Virus record (IMG/VR): IMGVR_UViG_3300028800_000002 | Span: 64,001-128,000 of that record | DNA: 64,000 nt | Origin: a virus | Direction: 5' to 3' (one strand) | Shown: positions 62,931 through 64,000 of the stretch, in pieces | Layout: the number at the start of each line of letters is the position of its first letter | Position numbering within the stretch: the stretch's first letter is position 1 | Position numbers and translations under genes: made by a program | Notes under the pieces: model-generated | What the model saw: the letters and a program-made list of their open reading frames with translations, nothing else | Databases searched by the model: none | Told to the model about the DNA's origin: nothing

Positions 62931-63617
62931 TTGCCTTCCCCGCCCCCTCGCCCACCCGTGCGACGGTCAAGTCACGACGATTTGGCCGCTGTACAAGCCC
63001 TAGACGACGCCGAATCGCGCGCCCGGGCATCCCTGCGTCTAGCGGAGGCGGCTGAGGACCGAGTAAACGAGCTCGAACATGCGCTCGCACGCGTTCGTGA
63101 TGACAATGAGCACGTTGAGACGGCGAACCGGCTGAGCATCGCAGACACAGTCGCCTTGCTTTCCATGGCCAAGGGGGGCGCTCCGGTGACCTCGGAGAAG
63201 CCCATCTCGGTTTCACCTACTGCCCTGACATTTCGCGGGCACCACTGGAAGATCGCAATTCCGTTGTCGGTGTTGATTACCGTTGTGCCGCTGGCTTGGG
63301 CATTGGTGAACGACTATCGGCAGATGAAGACTGATTTCAAGCAGCAGACGGATACCTACGCTGGCATGCAGAAGCGTGCTGATGCGCTCGAGCAACGACT
63401 AGCCGAGGTCACAAAGTCCAACAATGACCTTCGAGAGACGGTTGCCAAGCTGGCTGGCTACATCGCGGCTGCGCTACCCAACGCCGGCGTAAAAGTACCG
63501 GGTGCTGAGTTTGGGGCTATTGCAATGTCTGTTCAGGCGGACCCATTACCGCGAGGTGCCAAGAGGCAGACCCCGGTGGTGACCCACACGCTGGTTCCGG
63601 CCCCGAAACCACAGTGA
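62931..63617 (+). CDS. single-pass membrane protein flanked by coiled coils
   Basis: WKIAIPLSVLITVVPLAWALV hydrophobic helix with heptad repeats on both sides. Confidence 0.6.
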   Translation: MPSPPPRPPVRRSSHDDLAAVQALDDAESRARASLRLAEAAEDRVNELEHALARVRDDNEHVETANRLSIADTVALLSMAKGGAPVTSEKPISVSPTALTFRGHHWKIAIPLSVLITVVPLAWALVNDYRQMKTDFKQQTDTYAGMQKRADALEQRLAEVTKSNNDLRETVAKLAGYIAAALPNAGVKVPGAEFGAIAMSVQADPLPRGAKRQTPVVTHTLVPAPKPQ

Positions 63618-63653
63618 GTTGTCTTTCTGGGCACAAGGAAGGTAGACTGAACC

Positions 63654-64000
63654 ATGATGAATCGAGCCATAGCGGCAGCATTCGGTACCGACAAGTTAGC
63701 TGCTGAGGGCGGATGGAAGCCCATGAAGGGCGGCCTCCCATTGGCTGCTGCGGTTGGCGGTGCTTTGATTCTTCATGGAATGCACCGAGGCTCTAAGGTG
63801 GATTCTGCCCAGCAGAATGCCAGACAGGAGGCCAATCGAGCCTTTGAATCTAACCGTTTTGCTGGCACGGATGCCGCGTTACGCGGTGGAGTTCCATTGA
63901 CTCCTACAGGTTCCTCCATCTACGCCAACGAGCGTGCGGACAGCAACCAAGCAGGGGATTTCTCGCTGTTTGATAAGGGCGCATCCGCCGCTGGTATAGA
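63654..64000 (+). CDS. K-x-A protein, partial (runs off the window end)
   Basis: Manual translation MMNRAIAAAFGTDKLAAEGGWKPMKGGLPLAAAVGGALILHG...; AAGGAAGG SD. Confidence 0.6.
   Translation, partial: MMNRAIAAAFGTDKLAAEGGWKPMKGGLPLAAAVGGALILHGMHRGSKVDSAQQNARQEANRAFESNRFAGTDAALRGGVPLTPTGSSIYANERADSNQAGDFSLFDKGASAAGI

Noticed and set aside
63643-63648. TAGACT here (and at 21575-21580) as further -10 elements
   Set aside because: 63643 lies between SD and ATG, and 21575 is the portal stop codon; neither has the upstream TG or the 6-nt spacing
1-64000. Stop-codon reassignment, tRNA genes, introns or inteins
   Set aside because: Code 11 gives dense full-length ORFs ending in all three stops; by eye I saw no cloverleaf, intein or homing-endonuclease signature, but tRNAscan and covariance searches were not run

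Overview
The whole window reads as part of a large lytic tailed dsDNA phage with a contractile tail (myovirus type, probably jumbo-class). It uses the standard genetic code. I saw no host housekeeping context, tRNA, CRISPR array or integrase. Layout: 1-16073 (-) replication/recombination block (RusA, UvsY-like, Cas4-like nuclease, RecA, HU, family A DNA polymerase, Zn-ribbon SSB-like protein, DnaG, DnaB, UDG-like protein, SF2 helicase); 16233-21764 (+) head-associated genes and portal; 21823-26217 (-) MoxR AAA+/VWA-metallopeptidase operon; 26305-36788 (+) a single-chain beta-beta' RNA polymerase coupled to a baseplate spike gene; 37304-40855 (+) terminase; 41661-64000 (+) prohead protease, scaffold, decoration, major capsid, neck, tail sheath and tube. 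Four observations stand out. (1) A K-x-A motif (KTAS, KQAA, KIAS, KEAS etc.) recurs about 70 times by manual count in about 15 uncharacterised virion-block proteins. It also occurs at the N-termini of the protease and capsid protein, suggesting a Lys-x-Ala-specific head maturation system. (2) One 798-aa protein looks like a polyprotein of basic amphipathic/glycine-zipper modules delimited by that motif. (3) The 2131-aa fused RNAP has lost the beta' N-terminal zinc-binding domain and has remodelled its rifampicin pocket, sigma-binding clamp helices and bridge helix. (4) A TG(n)TAnnnT element sits exactly 6 nt before leaderless GTG starts or SD sequences of virion genes. All assignments come from reading motifs by eye; no database search was run.
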